63,025 bases of DNA, filler included, from Sphaeroforma arctica JP610 (GCF_001186125.1; 4 parts of 2 records of this genome joined end to end with filler, not necessarily neighbours in it); one strand, 5' to 3'; counted from the whole stretch's first letter, positions 1-12,130 are shown. Numbers and translations: made by a program. Notes: generated from the letters alone by a model not told the origin.

Positions 1-1
1 T

Positions 2-442
2 ATATGCGTTGCGTTGATTGATCCTTGTTCAGAAATTTCATGTATATCCGGTCGCTTTGCATTAATGAAAGATATCGAAAGGAGAACACAAACAACTCAC
101 CTCATTTTAGCCGATGATAAAACTTCTAAGTGTGATACCATGGCCACAGATGTTAAAATCTCCATGGCCGATGATAGGAGTATCACCACCCAAGCTGTGA
201 TAGTTAAGATGTCACAGAAGTACGACATTATAGTCGGAATGAGCGATTTTCTCACTCTGGGCATAACCGTAACTGGTCTACCAAACAACATATATCCATT
301 AAAGGATCAGTCAGACGATAACTGTCTGAATCCATATAAGCCCCCGTCAGATACAGCTAAGGCATTAATACCTGACTTTGCGAACAAAATCATGGATCTG
401 ATTCTAGTTAATAAGAAGACAAAGATCACATATCAGCCTTGA
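2..442 (+). pseudogene. Retroviral-type aspartic protease of element A
   Basis: ICVALIDPCSEISCIS ... YDIIVGMSDF; DPC in place of D(S/T/P)G. Confidence 0.7.
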
Positions 443-452
443 CTTAACCAAG

Positions 453-1732
453 GTGGACTTTACACAGTTAAAGTGTCCCTCAAGGAACTATGTATCCTGG
501 AGATTCGAGTCTGTGGTAAAAGAACAAGTTGAGAAATGGCTAGCAGATGGAGTGATAGAAATTAACTATCAACAGACGCCAGTTAACTTGGCGCTGCTAG
601 CCGTAGACCAACATAACTCTGACGGATCGTTTAAGAAAGTCAGAGTATGTTTAGATACAAGTCCAATACATAAATCATTGCCGACTCATAGCTTTCACTT
701 ACCTCGTATTAACGAGCTACTGCGAAGGATGGAAGGTGCTACAGTATTTACAACTATAGACCTTACACAAGGATACCATCAAATGCAGGTATATGAACCA
801 CACCGTAAATACTTTAGCTTTACGTGGAAAGGTAAATAATACCGGTTCAGAGGTTCACCTTTCGGGTTGCACTCTTTACCAGCATTCTTCTAACAAGTAC
901 TGGAAGAAATGTTTGCAGACATGTCTAACGTGCAAGTATACATAGATGACATAGTCATCTTTTCCAAAACTAATGGCGAACACGCCGCATTAATCAGACG
1001 AGTCCTTAAGAGACTCAACGAGCAAAACTTCAAGATTAACGAGAATAATGTCACTTCGCCATGAGCGAAATACAGCTCCTAAGCTACCGAATATCTGGGG
1101 AAGGTATTAAAATCGACCCCGGTAAGGTAGAACACCTGTTAGATTGGCGAACACCAACTACAGGAAGAGATGTTAACAGCATGTGTGGGTTTGTAAACTT
1201 CTTTTCAGATGGAGTACCTCACTTGGCTGACTACCTTAATCCTTTTGGACACTTAAAATGTCTTAAAGGCAAACTAGAAGACTTGTGGACTAAAGAGTGT
1301 GATGACGCATTTAAAGCGCTCAAACACGCAGTCCAGCAAGCCCCTGTTGTACAGGGACCAGTCGATGGCGTGCCGTTTGAAATAGCAACGGACGCCTCCG
1401 ACTTAGCCTTAGGAGGAGTATTATATCAGGTTATAGATAGCAAACCTATATATATACAATTCGTTAGTCGGGCAATGAATGCTTCACAGTTGAATTACCT
1501 ACCTGTGAAACAAGAGTTATTAGCCATAGTGGCAGCTCTAACACACTTCCGAGATTACTTATACGGAACAGCATTTACGCTGATGTGTGATCAGAAATCT
1601 CTTCAATATATGAAAGAGATGAAACCCGACTCGCAATTACTGAGTCGCTGGCATGATACAATATCAAAGTTTCATTTTGATATAAAACATCTGCCAGGAA
1701 TACATAACCATTTACCGGATGTGTTATCACGC
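453..1732 (+). pseudogene. Reverse transcriptase and RNase H of element A (in-frame stops, frameshift near 1050)
   Basis: ORFs 453-839 and 1061-2230 plus the intervening frame YRFRGSPFGL..QVYIDDIVIFS. Confidence 0.93.
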
Positions 1733-1769
1733 TTCGTACCGGACTCTAATAAATCCGTACGTGAGCTAC

Positions 1770-2175
1770 TAGCCACTGACAATCCCAGTGGGTTTAAACT
1801 GGCTCAAAAGATATTTGGGCCATATACCATAGATATGTTTGCTGCGCATCATAATGCACAATTATCGAATTACAGGACTTTGAATCATCCTTTGGGAGAT
1901 GCCTTTCAACTAGACTTCCCCAAACATAATGCGTGGGCTAATCCACCATGGCAGTTAATTGCCCAATTACTAACTCATGTTCATATACATAAAGCTACCA
2001 TCACGTTGTGTTGCCCATTACGGAGTAAAGATCCGTGGCCCAGTAAATTAATAAGAATGATACAATGCGAGCCAATATATTTAGATAGGGAAGTAGATAC
2101 TTTCCTATATCAGGGTACCCGAGCTGTCCAGAAGACGCCCTGGAGACATATTATATTATGTCGTATAGGTCCCAT
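1770..2175 (+). CDS. Dam-like N6-adenine (amino) DNA methyltransferase domain of element A, in frame with RNase H
   Basis: FGPYTIDMFAAHHNAQL (D at 1832) ... DAF ... NAWANPPWQLI (NPPW 1940-1951) ... LCCP..PW ... DTFLYQG..KTPW..IG; matches the DIRS1/phage-Dam-type pattern. Confidence 0.88.
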
Positions 2176-2251
2176 TGGAACAACCAAATGGACCCCTTCT
2201 GAGACCTTCCTTAACAAGGTCAAAGAATAGGAGATTCCGCTCTACACTAGA

Positions 2252-3660
2252 TTGAACGTTAAGCACTTCAAAAGCAACACAGCACCTGAAGTCTGTGCGC
2301 AAGAAATAAAATCTACTAGTGCCACTGTCAAGAAGCGTCAGTCTCTAGCTAGGACTCTGTTTAATAACATAAAGTCCAAGCCCGAAGTCTTTCAGACACT
2401 CTTACTAAAGGGATTAATGAAAGATAATCCCGAAGTATATACACATATAATGCGAGTATTAAATAAGTCAAGTGTATCAAACGCAATTGAGCGCACTCAT
2501 GACACTCATGCAAAAGAAGGACAGGAGTCTGGATACACTGCAGACTTAGAGACCACGCAAGTGGATCCTCAACACCCTACCTTTATACTGGAGGAGCTTA
2601 ATGATAAAAACATTATTGCTTGGCTGACGCAAAACCATAAGCTGAAGCACCAGAACGTAGTAGACGCACTTAAAGATGCTAAGCGAAATGGGATCGCGCA
2701 CCCTCAGCTGGCAACTTTAGTTGACAGAATATATCAGTCATGTACAGACTGTGATCTCATTCAGATCAAGCGCTATGGGTTCGCACCACTTAATAGTGTG
2801 ACCGAAGATGTTCCATGGCGCAGGGTCATCATTGATCTGGTTAACCTGCCCACGTCCAAGCACTCAGGCGACCGTTATGTATGCCACTTCTTTGATGTGG
2901 CGTCACGGTTTAACTTGCTCTATCCATTAAAGGATAAGAATACGCAGACCGTGGCAGAATCATGTTGCCAAGTCTTTGCTGACCACGGGTGGCCAGGTAT
3001 TATGTGCACTGATAACGGTAGTGAGTTCTGCGATGACGTAATGGAATCGCTAGTACTCGTATCAGGCATATGCCATAAGAGAGGTGTGCCATATAAGCCG
3101 CAACGCAAGGCGCGAATGAAACGCGCCATAGAAGACTCGAGTTCTTCTTGCGTACTGCATTAACGGATGATGCAGATGATTGGCCGTAACACCTTAAGTG
3201 GGTACAACCACAGATGAACGAGTGTGTTGATCCGGTTACAGGAACTACACCCGCTCGCTATTTTTGTGGCAGATATAGTGAGTTACAAATCCCCTTTAAC
3301 AAGGACGAACCTGATCACCGTGAGCTACCCTGGCTAGAGAAGGTACAACGTATTTATAACGTTGTATATCCTTGCTTGCGAGAAATACGCAATATAGCCT
3401 TATTAAAAAGGCGAAAGCGTTGAAACACTACCAAGAAGATAGCAGAGTATCAGGTTGGTGACAGAGTTAACATCCGTCAACGTAATTCCGATGCTAATGT
3501 ATTAACATTTAAATGGATAGGTCCATATATAATCTCTGTAGCAGACACTAAAAGTGGAACGTACGAGGTAAATAAACCAGATGGTTCTAGTGCGCATAAT
3601 ATAGGCACAAGTCGTATTCCGACTACAGAGATTATACTCGCAAGAAGACATGACTCTAAT
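2252..3660 (+). pseudogene. DDE integrase of element A (Zn finger, core, GPY/F), frameshifted near 3110
   Basis: HKLKH..CTDC, PWRRVIIDL, FFDVASRF, TDNGSEF, PYKPQ, KWIGPY. Confidence 0.9.
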
Positions 3661-4205
3661 GCCCCTCTTGATCGTTCTTAACTTAAAGACATTTTATGGA
3701 GAACGGATAAGGAAAGCTATACATACTATCGTACACGCTTTATAGACGGTACAATAGCTGAGTTGACTTCAGATGCTTTCGATAATCAAGACGATTTGAA
3801 ATTTAATCGAAAATGGCATAAACGCCTGCATAAGTCACGAGCTGAAAAAGATAGCATGTTTCCATCGTCTGAAGGCACGGAAGTTAAAACTTATCCGCCT
3901 ACAGCAATTATCCCGAGCTTTAATGCTCATCCTTTATATATGCTTAAGACACTGAAGCGCAACAAACGTCCAGTCGACCAACATNNNNNNNNNNNNNNNN
4001 NNNNNNNNNNNNNNNNNNNNNNNNNNNNNNNNNNNNNNNNNNNNNNNNNNNNNNNNNNNNNNNNNNNNNNNNNNNNNNNNNNNNNNNNNNNNNNNNNNNN
4101 NNNNNNNNNNNNNNNNNNNNNNNNNNNNNNNNNNNNNNNNNNNNNNNNNNNNNNNNNNNNNNNNNNNNNNNNNNNNNNNNNNNNNNNNNNNNNNNNNNNN
4201 NNNNN

Positions 4206-4619
4206 GCCAACCAGATGTGCCAGTCTAATGAAGGCTAAGTCGGTAATTCTTGATAAGTGGCAAGTTATTGGTTAAGACAAGAACTAAGGACATCAAGAGT
4301 ATTTTTATTCTTCTTCTAAAGATAGGATTTAATGAGTCTCTCAGATTCGCCCCAACGAAACATACCATAGTTTCTAATAGAGCGACAACGAAACACTAAA
4401 TAAAATCCCTTCGGCGGAAACAGTACTGAGAGAATTATATATAGGCAATGTCTCAGCCTCACAATCCCTCAGAGTATTGATGTTTTCACGAGGCATACCT
4501 AACTTTACTAAAAGTCTCATTTCGTTGATTTACTTTGATATTTTCACGATACTTAGAATTTACCTGCGCGTTTATTTACTATAAGGCGTTAATATCGCCT
4601 TATTATACCGAATCTTACA
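4206..4619 (+). repeat. 3' portion of LTR, probably the 3' LTR of element A
   Basis: Close reverse-complement match to 36260-36686; ends ...ATCTTACA; its 5' part falls in the N-gap. Confidence 0.8.
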
Positions 4620-4819
4620 CCAAGATTTCTCGCTGACACGACATCACCACCATCGCCGCCTGTTCTTCGTTCTGACACCAACCCCACTCGACCGGTCGAT
4701 GTTCAAATTTACGACAACTATTATGCTAATCAAGGTCATTGCAGTCGTAAAATGACATTACAACTGGCTAAACGCGACGGCGACAAACTAACATTTCCGC
4801 CACCAGTTAATGTTAAAAC

Positions 4820-5235
4820 CGAAAATTGTATGCTTGATAGTATCGATTGGACATAGGCAATGGCATTTCTTGAGTGTACTCCCACCATAGACAGTTTAGG
4901 CATTTGTGTATCGAAATCTAATGCGCGACTACCCTGGTTCTTCGGTCCTGATAGGGGGGGGGAGGTGGGGGCGTACTCTACAGTGACTGGAGCAAGCCCG
5001 ATCCCATTCTCGAAGACGCGTACGCTAACCCCGGCTGGAGCCTCATAAAAGTCATTGTCGAACTCATTTTTCGACTTGGTATTACGCTTACCTTCGTAGT
5101 TCCTCTACGACCTTGTGCTACATGATGGACCATGCTTATCAGCCGCATTCGACGACCTCCATACATCATACCAAGCACAGCAAGTCGGTGTACCTTCATG
5201 GACATTCCCCCTGGTCCTCATCATGGGCCCTCCTA
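4820..5235 (+). pseudogene. Dam-like MTase domain inside Copia element B (frameshifted)
   Basis: NCMLDSIDW*AMAFLECTPTID..SKSNARLPWFF, shift at G-run 4954-4962, then SDWS..DAYANPGWSLIKVIVELIFRLGITLTFVVPLRPCAT*WTML (NPGW 5027-5038), shift, then QQVGVPSWTFPLVLIMGP; collinear with the Gypsy MTases. Confidence 0.75.
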
Positions 5236-5562
5236 CCACCACTGTTGTCCCAGTTGAACATCTCCAAGCCGCAAATACATATACCTCGCCAATCCTGAAT
5301 TCGACAAGCATTGCCCTATCTGCACAGAGGGCAAAATAAAAGTCAAAGCAGTCCCACATCATAATCCTGTATCTGTCTATAGACCAGGCAACCGATTTCA
5401 TGTGGACCTCCAAGGTCCCGTGCCTGAGTGTCATTTCGGATTTCGATATGCACTCAATATGATTTGCGATGGCTCACGCTATGGTCTACATATGCTTCTC
5501 AACGACAAGGAAAATATGGCCCCTCATGGTGACAACATTACCAACTCTAAACACCTTGCCAG

Positions 5563-6530
5563 TGTAAAATCAGCGGGTTCATATAGTAGAAGCACATGTT
5601 ATCGTATATTATAAACGCATGAACGTCTAAACGCTATTACGTTTATAAAACCTGGTATACGTTGAAACACAATTGTCGATAATTGTATCTGTATAATAAT
5701 CAAATAATCTAATTATAGATATATTGAATTTACAGAAAACAGACAAACAAATAATCTAATTTGGATATTTGGAATTACAATTGTATACGACAGAGGCCGA
5801 GAGACTCTGTTAATATTGATATGATGGTTTTTCTACAAAGATATGTTTTCCATCAGAATATAGGGATACAACACTGGGTGAGTCTCAGGTGGTATTGACA
5901 CTTGATGACACATGCTGTATTACCAAATACTCTGAGAGCGCGAGATAGCCTACTGAGAAATGGGACATGAAAATGACCCCCCCTAGCCGGCCAACTAGAT
6001 GTGCCCGTCTATGCCTTCAATGGGATGGAGAGCTAGGTACCATGTGATGGGGTATAGGTACAGACATTTAACTGTACCATCATGGTGTTTTGGATTTCTT
6101 TTATTTTTCTTAAGTTGGACTTCGAGTTATTTTATTTGTAATTGCGATTGGGAGGTAGTTTCAAGGCATTGTAGAAGGAAGTACCATGCATTCAATGAAA
6201 TGAAGTATACTTAGAGTTCTTTTTATTGGTAATTGTGATTGGGAGGTAGTTTCGAGGCATGAAATAATATTGAAGGAAATATCATGCATCCAATGAAATG
6301 AAATCTGTTCTTAGTTATTGACACCGAATAAATCTAGACCGAAGTATTGAGTGATTAGAGCGGAACCATATAGATAATAGTCTCAGTCTGACATCCCCCA
6401 ATCTTTAGCTCAATACCAAGGGTTGAAGCTAAACTTAAATTACATTGTGCAAATTTACTTTGAAATCTTACTTTTCTTTTACGTTAACTTATTGAAACCG
6501 ATAGTCAGCCTGGTTAGTCTGACTTCTACA
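5563..6530. mobile_element. LTR-like insertion (about 970 bp) splitting the Copia B integrase core
   Basis: TGTAAAATCAG...CTGACTTCTACA imperfect inverted ends; AT-rich and non-coding; internal duplication about 6124-6303; no matching TSD. Confidence 0.55.
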
Positions 6531-7906
6531 TACAAGCTACTTTCTCAAAGTAACAATGTTCGATCTAACCCTCCGTACACACCGCAAATGAATGCCAAGG
6601 TTGGAAGTAGTCATAAAGTTCTTGAATGTTATAGTCCGTTTATTCCTACTAGGCGCTGGCATGCCCTGTAGACTATGGTCTGATGCTAAGAAATGAGCCG
6701 ACCGTAATCGCAATGAAACACCCGGCACTGATTCAATTATTCGTACACCATCTGAGATCTTGCACCAAGTGACCCCTACTCGGTATTATCGTGCTCGATT
6801 CGGCTGCGTTGCTCTATACAATATGGAAGGCAAACGCAAAGACAAGCACAAATATGGCACTCAATGTCATCACGGTGTACTAGTCGGACGAAGCGCCACA
6901 GGCACTGAGGACACATATTTTTATCCAAAGTCTTGAGACGCAACGCAGAATATCATCACGCAATGTTCAGTTTCTCTCTGACGATAAACCACAGTGGTCA
7001 GCTAATGGAAAAGAGCGACTCGATCCAATACTCTCCAAAGTCATGCCATACAATCGGATTGGCATACTCAGGCGACCGTTCCCACTGTGATTGTTCCTCA
7101 TGTCTTAGACACGCCTCCTTCTGGCTTTCTATTCCTCAAACTCCGGTTACCACCACGGCAATATTTCTCAACACAGCCTGCGGCGCCCACCGTAATTATA
7201 TCTCTACCACCTACTCCGATGCCTATCATTCCACCGATGCCACCAGCTACCCTTTGCTTCCAGACAATAATCAGCATTCTGATTCCAAACCTGATCTTTC
7301 TCTTGTCGCAAATAAGCACTCTACGGAATTACCCGATATTATTGATTTGTCTGACAACGACGAAGACTCCAAATATTACGAAGCTATCCAGGAAAACACT
7401 AACTACGTGGCTACGACTGCCACTGTCGTAGACCCAGCACCAATTCGTGATGAGATGACAATGCTGGAAGCCATCTCTCTCTTTGATGACAGCGTTCTCA
7501 AGTCCACATCCTTGGCTACGGAGTTTGACGATTGGGATCAATGGCAAGATGCTATTCAGATGGAATTCAAAGCACATCAGTTGAATGATTTGGCTGACAT
7601 TGTTCCCGTGTCTGCTATTCCTCAGGGTACCAAAGGTATCCATTCTAAGTATGTTTTCGTCCAAAAATTTAACGAAACTGGTAAGCCTATCTGCTACAAG
7701 ATACGAATGTTTGCCATAGGAGACGAACAATTGGAAGGTGACTCTTATACACACACGTATTCTTCTGCCATCTCTGCCACGGCTCTTCGATTATTCATCG
7801 CCAAAGCAAGCAGCCGCCAAACCATGAATACATCACTTCGATGTTGATAATGCATTTTTTTAATTCCAAACTTGACACGGCAGTTTACATGATTCTGCCG
7901 GAAGGA

Positions 7907-8150
7907 TGTAGTAAGTTACGCTCGAATAACTATATCTGAACGTTCAGGGAGACGTTGCGTCTTTATTATATTTTTGGATAACTGACTAAGACTCTCTAGT
8001 GAGTCAAGTGTTCGGTCTCTATAGGGATCGAACACAAAAGTAGTTTATCAGATCCTGTGATATAGTAACCATAAACTAAGTTTATCAGATCATATAATCT
8101 AATATATATACACTAGGTTTATCAGATCGTATGATCTGATAAACCTGACA
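7907..8150. mobile_element. Solo-LTR-like insertion in the Copia B RT
   Basis: TG...CA ends; similar to LTR 46501-46730 (AATAACT.TATC..AACGTTC..AGGGAGACGTTG and GTTTATCAGA..TCTGATAAAC palindrome); RT frame resumes after it. Confidence 0.65.
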
Positions 8151-8239
8151 TGTTTTGAAATTGAAATGCGGCCTCTACGGCTTTAAAGTAGCTGTGAGAC
8201 TTTTTGTGATACCCTCATCTTCGATGACTTCAAGCAAAT

Positions 8240-9348
8240 TTGAGGCTGTTGTGTGGTTCGTTGATGCTATTGAGTAGTTTTTTTGAGGTTGTTGTGTGGT
8301 TGGTTGATGCTATTGTGTAGTTGGTCGAGACTGTTGTGTAGTTGGTTGATGCTATTGTGTAGTTGGCTTAAGCTGTTGTGTTGTTCGTTGAGTCTGTTGT
8401 GTGGTTAGTTGAAGCTGTTTTGTGGCTTGTTGAAGACGTTGTGTGGTTGGTGGAGGCTGTTGTGTCGTCAATTGATGCTATTGTGTAGTTGGTTGAGGCT
8501 ATAGTTGTGTTGTTGGTTGAGTCTGTTGTGTGGTTGGATGAAGCTGTTTTGTGGCTGGTCGAGACTGTTGTGTGGTTGGTCGAGGCTGTTGGGTGGTTGG
8601 TTGAGGCTGTTGTGTAGTCAGTTAATGCAATTGTGTAGTTGGTTGAGGCTGTTGTGTAGTCAGTTAATGCAANNNNNNNNNNNNNNNNNNNNNNNNNNNN
8701 NNNNNNNNNNNNNNNNNNNNNNNNNNNNNNNNNNNNNNNNNNNNNNNNNNNNNNNNNNNNNNNNNNNNNNNNNNNNNNNNNNNNNNNNNNNNNNNNNNNN
8801 NNNNNNNNNNNNNNNNNNNNNNNNNNNNNNNNNNNNNNNNNNNNNNNNNNNNNNNNNNNNNNNNNNNNNNNNNNNNNNNNNNNNNNNNNNNNNNNNNNNN
8901 NNNNNNNNNNNNNNNNNNNNNNNNNNNNNNNNNNNNNNNNNNNNNNNNNNNNNNNNNNNNNNNNNNNNNNNNNNNNNNNNNNNNNNNNNNNNNNNNNNNN
9001 NNNNNTATTGTGTAGTTTTTTTTAGGTTGTTGTATTGTTTGTTGATGCTGTTGGGTGATTGGTTGAAGCTGTTGTGTGGTTGGTTGAAGCTGTTGTGTGG
9101 TTGGTTGAGGCTGTTGTTTGGTTGGTTGAGGTTGTTGTGCGCTCGGTTACCGATAGACTTTTTTGCGGTCGGTTGAGGATGTTGTATAGTTGGTTTATAC
9201 TATTGTATTGCTGGTCGAGACTGTTGTGTGGTTGAAATATGCTATTGTGTAGTTGGTAGAGGCTGTTGTTTGCTTGGCTGATGCTATTGTGTAGTTTTTT
9301 TAGGCTGTTGTATTGTTTGTTGATGCTATTGGGTGATTGGTTGAAGCT
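8240..9348. repeat. 21-bp GT-rich minisatellite (consensus about GGTTGAGGCTGTTGTGTGGTT) spanning an N-gap
   Basis: Directly visible 21-nt periodicity on both sides of the gap. Confidence 0.9.
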
Positions 9349-9956
9349 CAGAGTAGAGGTAAAACGGACCTGATAAGTTACTGTTCTCAGATATTAAAGT
9401 ATCTTTTAAAGTGTTTTAAGTTTTAAGTGAATAGTTGTCATTTATTTGATTCGAGTCCCTGCTTTCATATGCATTGGACTCGTAATTCTTGAGCCATCAA
9501 AAAACACCCCTTATGGTGAAATCCAATCCAAAGGCAGCGTCGCCACGTCTTCAACTGATCATGGCTTCCATTATAATCTTTGGCCTTATACGTTTAGATT
9601 GTACTTCTATATTTAGGGATGCCCCTATGGCTATCAGATATTTTCCATATTGATGATTCCGTACTCCCGTCACGTCGGCTCCGAGATTAATTTCCATCTG
9701 TAATATTTCTGTGTCCCTTTCTGAGTTTAGATTCTCTCCTTGGTTGATGATGGGATAAACCTGTTGAGCCTCTGGTGTTTGACCGTAGTTTTATGCTTGG
9801 TAAACAATCCTGGTTTTCTGTGATCAATATTCGATACGGTCATTACCGCCGTGTTCCGAGTGGATAGTGCTGTTCGTGCTAGCAGCGTACGTAGCGAATT
9901 CGTCGCTGATAAGGGTGCTTCATTTAACAATCACACAAGTTTTAACGTGCCCCTGC

Positions 9957-10287
9957 TGTGGCATTTAGGGACCAGATTATCAAAAAGCCAGTCCAAATCC
10001 CAAAACCAAGGATTATCAAATACTTAGTTTTGGATCCAGGATCCAATATTCTGATATTAGCGTGATCAGAAATCTAGTGGGATTACCGATAGACAATACC
10101 GGGACTCTCGCGCGTGAGAGAAGCACTTATGTATGAATCGAGTCTAGTGTAGAAAACACCAAACACAAATAAAGACTCAATGCGAGTGCTTCAGCCTAAG
10201 ACTTTTACCTAGCTGAGAGATCTGCACTCGAGAAGAGGTCTATTGTTACCTTTGGTCGTACCTTGTAAGCTACTCTCAAACTCTGCA
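9957..10287 (+). mobile_element. Solo LTR (331 bp) related to the LTR of element D, inserted in the integrase of element C
   Basis: TG...CA; collinear similarity with 38318-38637; flanks CTGC/CCGC (4-bp TSD with one mismatch); integrase frame continues across it. Confidence 0.82.
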
Positions 10288-11695
10288 CCGCGGAACAAGA
10301 TGCGTGTTACATAAACGGATGAGTACGGAAGCGTGCATGTCGGTAGACTTAAGAGGCTCACCAAAAGCCCGAAGTGTACAGCCATCATGTGCCAAGAGGA
10401 CATATGAGTATCTTTTGGCATCAGGAGGAAGGGACATGTAGTCCAAATTAATCTTATCAGACATGGCCGCCGGTCGGGAACGCTGTTGTAAGAGACCTCG
10501 CGTGCGGCCGGTTGATAGTCTAACCTGAATTATGCCACTATACGTCTCCAAACCCAAGGCTTGGCGACGGCCAGCCAAGAGGTGGCTATACCCGTCATGC
10601 CATATCCAAATGACGGCATGGACCCGTTCGGGGCACACAGGTTGATCCATGCATGTAAGGTGTAGGGTCTCAATCTGTTGAAACACTGATGTGTCGGTTA
10701 CAGGGTGGCGATGTCGTACCGTATTCGTCCGGCGGTTATGGAGGGGGGCACCTGTGTGGGGTGCGGTTGATACCGTGTACGGGATGTCAGGCGGGAGTGC
10801 TGGACGAGGCTGCCACTATTTTTTAGGGGACAGTGGTTAGTTGGCGGAGAGGTCCTTGTCAGGACCTTGTGTAGCTATATCGTTATCCGATAGGTCAGGG
10901 TAGGGCGAGGTGTGCGCATTCAATGAATGCTGCACTGCGAGTTCTTGGTGCTGGCGAATCCAATCGCCAGTGCCAAGTGGAACCTCTTGAAAGGAAGGAA
11001 CGGCATCGTTAGCCGTGTAGCCCTGATCAGGATGGTACTCGCTATTATATTCCTGGATAGCCACATTCAGCGAGGCTTTGAACGATGATGTGTCGGGTTG
11101 GGTCCTGGTCGGAAAGTCGTCGGTGCGGGTGGGCATGGCGTCGGCGACGTGTGATCATCGTTCGTCCAGCGGTCGGAGGAAGGGATCCACCATGAAAGTT
11201 ATGTACATGTGGTAATTGTCCGTTGCTGGGACAGGCGACGGAATGCTGGGACAGGCACAGGCATGTTATCTTTTATTGCGTCCGGGACGGCCTCAGATAT
11301 GGTAACGTCGGGTGCATCCGCACAAAATTCCGTTGGTTCAGTGGGAGCATGGGCAGTGTCTGGTGTAGCGGTCATGAGCATTGGTTCGTCTTCATCTATA
11401 AGCTTAGTTTTCATCCACAAATAAGGAAACGTTCCGGTTAGTGGCTGTCCTCCGTGGCTGGCATGAAAACATCCGAGAGGGAATCGGATCCCGTCACCAC
11501 TGGCGGAACAGGTAGTGGGCTGTCCGGTGTAAGGGCTGCAGCAGGGACTCTCAACGGGATTGGAGATATTGTTGTCCTCCGTCAGAGAGATGTAGTGATG
11601 TACAGCATGGGGTCATAGCCGATCGTGAGAAGGCAGTTGGGAGGACGGTAAGGCCGACTCGCTTCCAGAAACTGGTCGGGACCACAAATAGCGGT

Positions 11696-12130
11696 TAGGC
11701 CCCACGAAGGTGTGCGATAAGCGTGAATGGCCACGGCGGTTTACCCTCGATATGCCTGCCTCTACGGGGATATGTGTCGTCACGGTGTGAGATGACAAGT
11801 GACGTTTCCAGGACGAGGCGAAAGACGACAGATAACTAGACGGCCGATGGCCAGAAGGAAACGCATGCGACCACGGACGTAAAAATAACGTCCGGAACTC
11901 GAACACGAAGGAATCCACCGATGTCCGTTCAGGGCAAGGTCATCTAGCAGTGTTTATGTTGGATCCTGGACGGAGTACGCGTCCTGAACACATGCGCCCG
12001 TGCCGTCCTTTGTAGATCGTGAGGACGTGGTCCTCATGGCTGGCGAACAGCTCAGAGTCGAATGGGGCCCATATTTGTTGCTACACATCAATCCATAGAT
12101 CATTGATAGCCCAACTAGTGTGGTCCAAAA
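11696..12130 (-). pseudogene. Degenerate Dam-like MTase domain of element C
   Basis: DHTSWAINDLWIDV*QQIWAPFDSELFASHEDHVL (ELFAS 12039-12053), DAYS, HC*MTLP* at the NAWANPPW position (11929-11952), ACVSFWPSAV*L, DDTYPRRGRHIEGKPPWPFTLIAHLRG (GKPPW 11731-11745). Confidence 0.78.

Larger units (their letters stand above)
1..4619 (+). mobile_element. Ty3/Gypsy-type LTR retrotransposon A (pol: PR-RT-RNaseH-Dam-like MTase-DDE integrase, plus partial 3' LTR); 5' part outside window; decayed
   Basis: Protease-like ALIDPCS at the window start; RT motifs RVCLD, IDLTQGYHQ, PFGL, YIDD (939-950); RNase H TDAS (1391), ELLAIV, CDQKSL, DVLSR; MTase IDMFA and NPPW; integrase HxxxH..CxxC, IIDL, TDNGSEF, GPY (3520); LTR ending TTACA at 4619. 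Confidence 0.93.
4620..8240 (+). mobile_element. Ty1/Copia LTR retrotransposon B (integrase before RT) carrying a Dam-like MTase; interrupted by LTR insertions
   Basis: CPICTEGK (5312), HVDLQGP..GFRY..DGSRY, PPYTPQMNAKV (about 6570), FGCVAL, WQDAIQMEF, SKYVFVQK..YKIRMFAIG, HHFDVDNAF..VYMILPEG, LKLKCGLYGF (about 8155). Confidence 0.88.

Noticed and set aside
2228..2230. Programmed readthrough between MT and integrase
   Set aside because: The element has several other decay stops, and element D has no stop at the equivalent junction
1..3984. Classifying element A (or D) as a DIRS element because of the MT
   Set aside because: Protease, DDE integrase, GPY motif and TG..CA LTRs are present, and no tyrosine recombinase is seen
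8505..9176. Leu/Trp/Cys-rich plus-strand ORF
   Set aside because: Product of the 21-bp repeat and an N-gap
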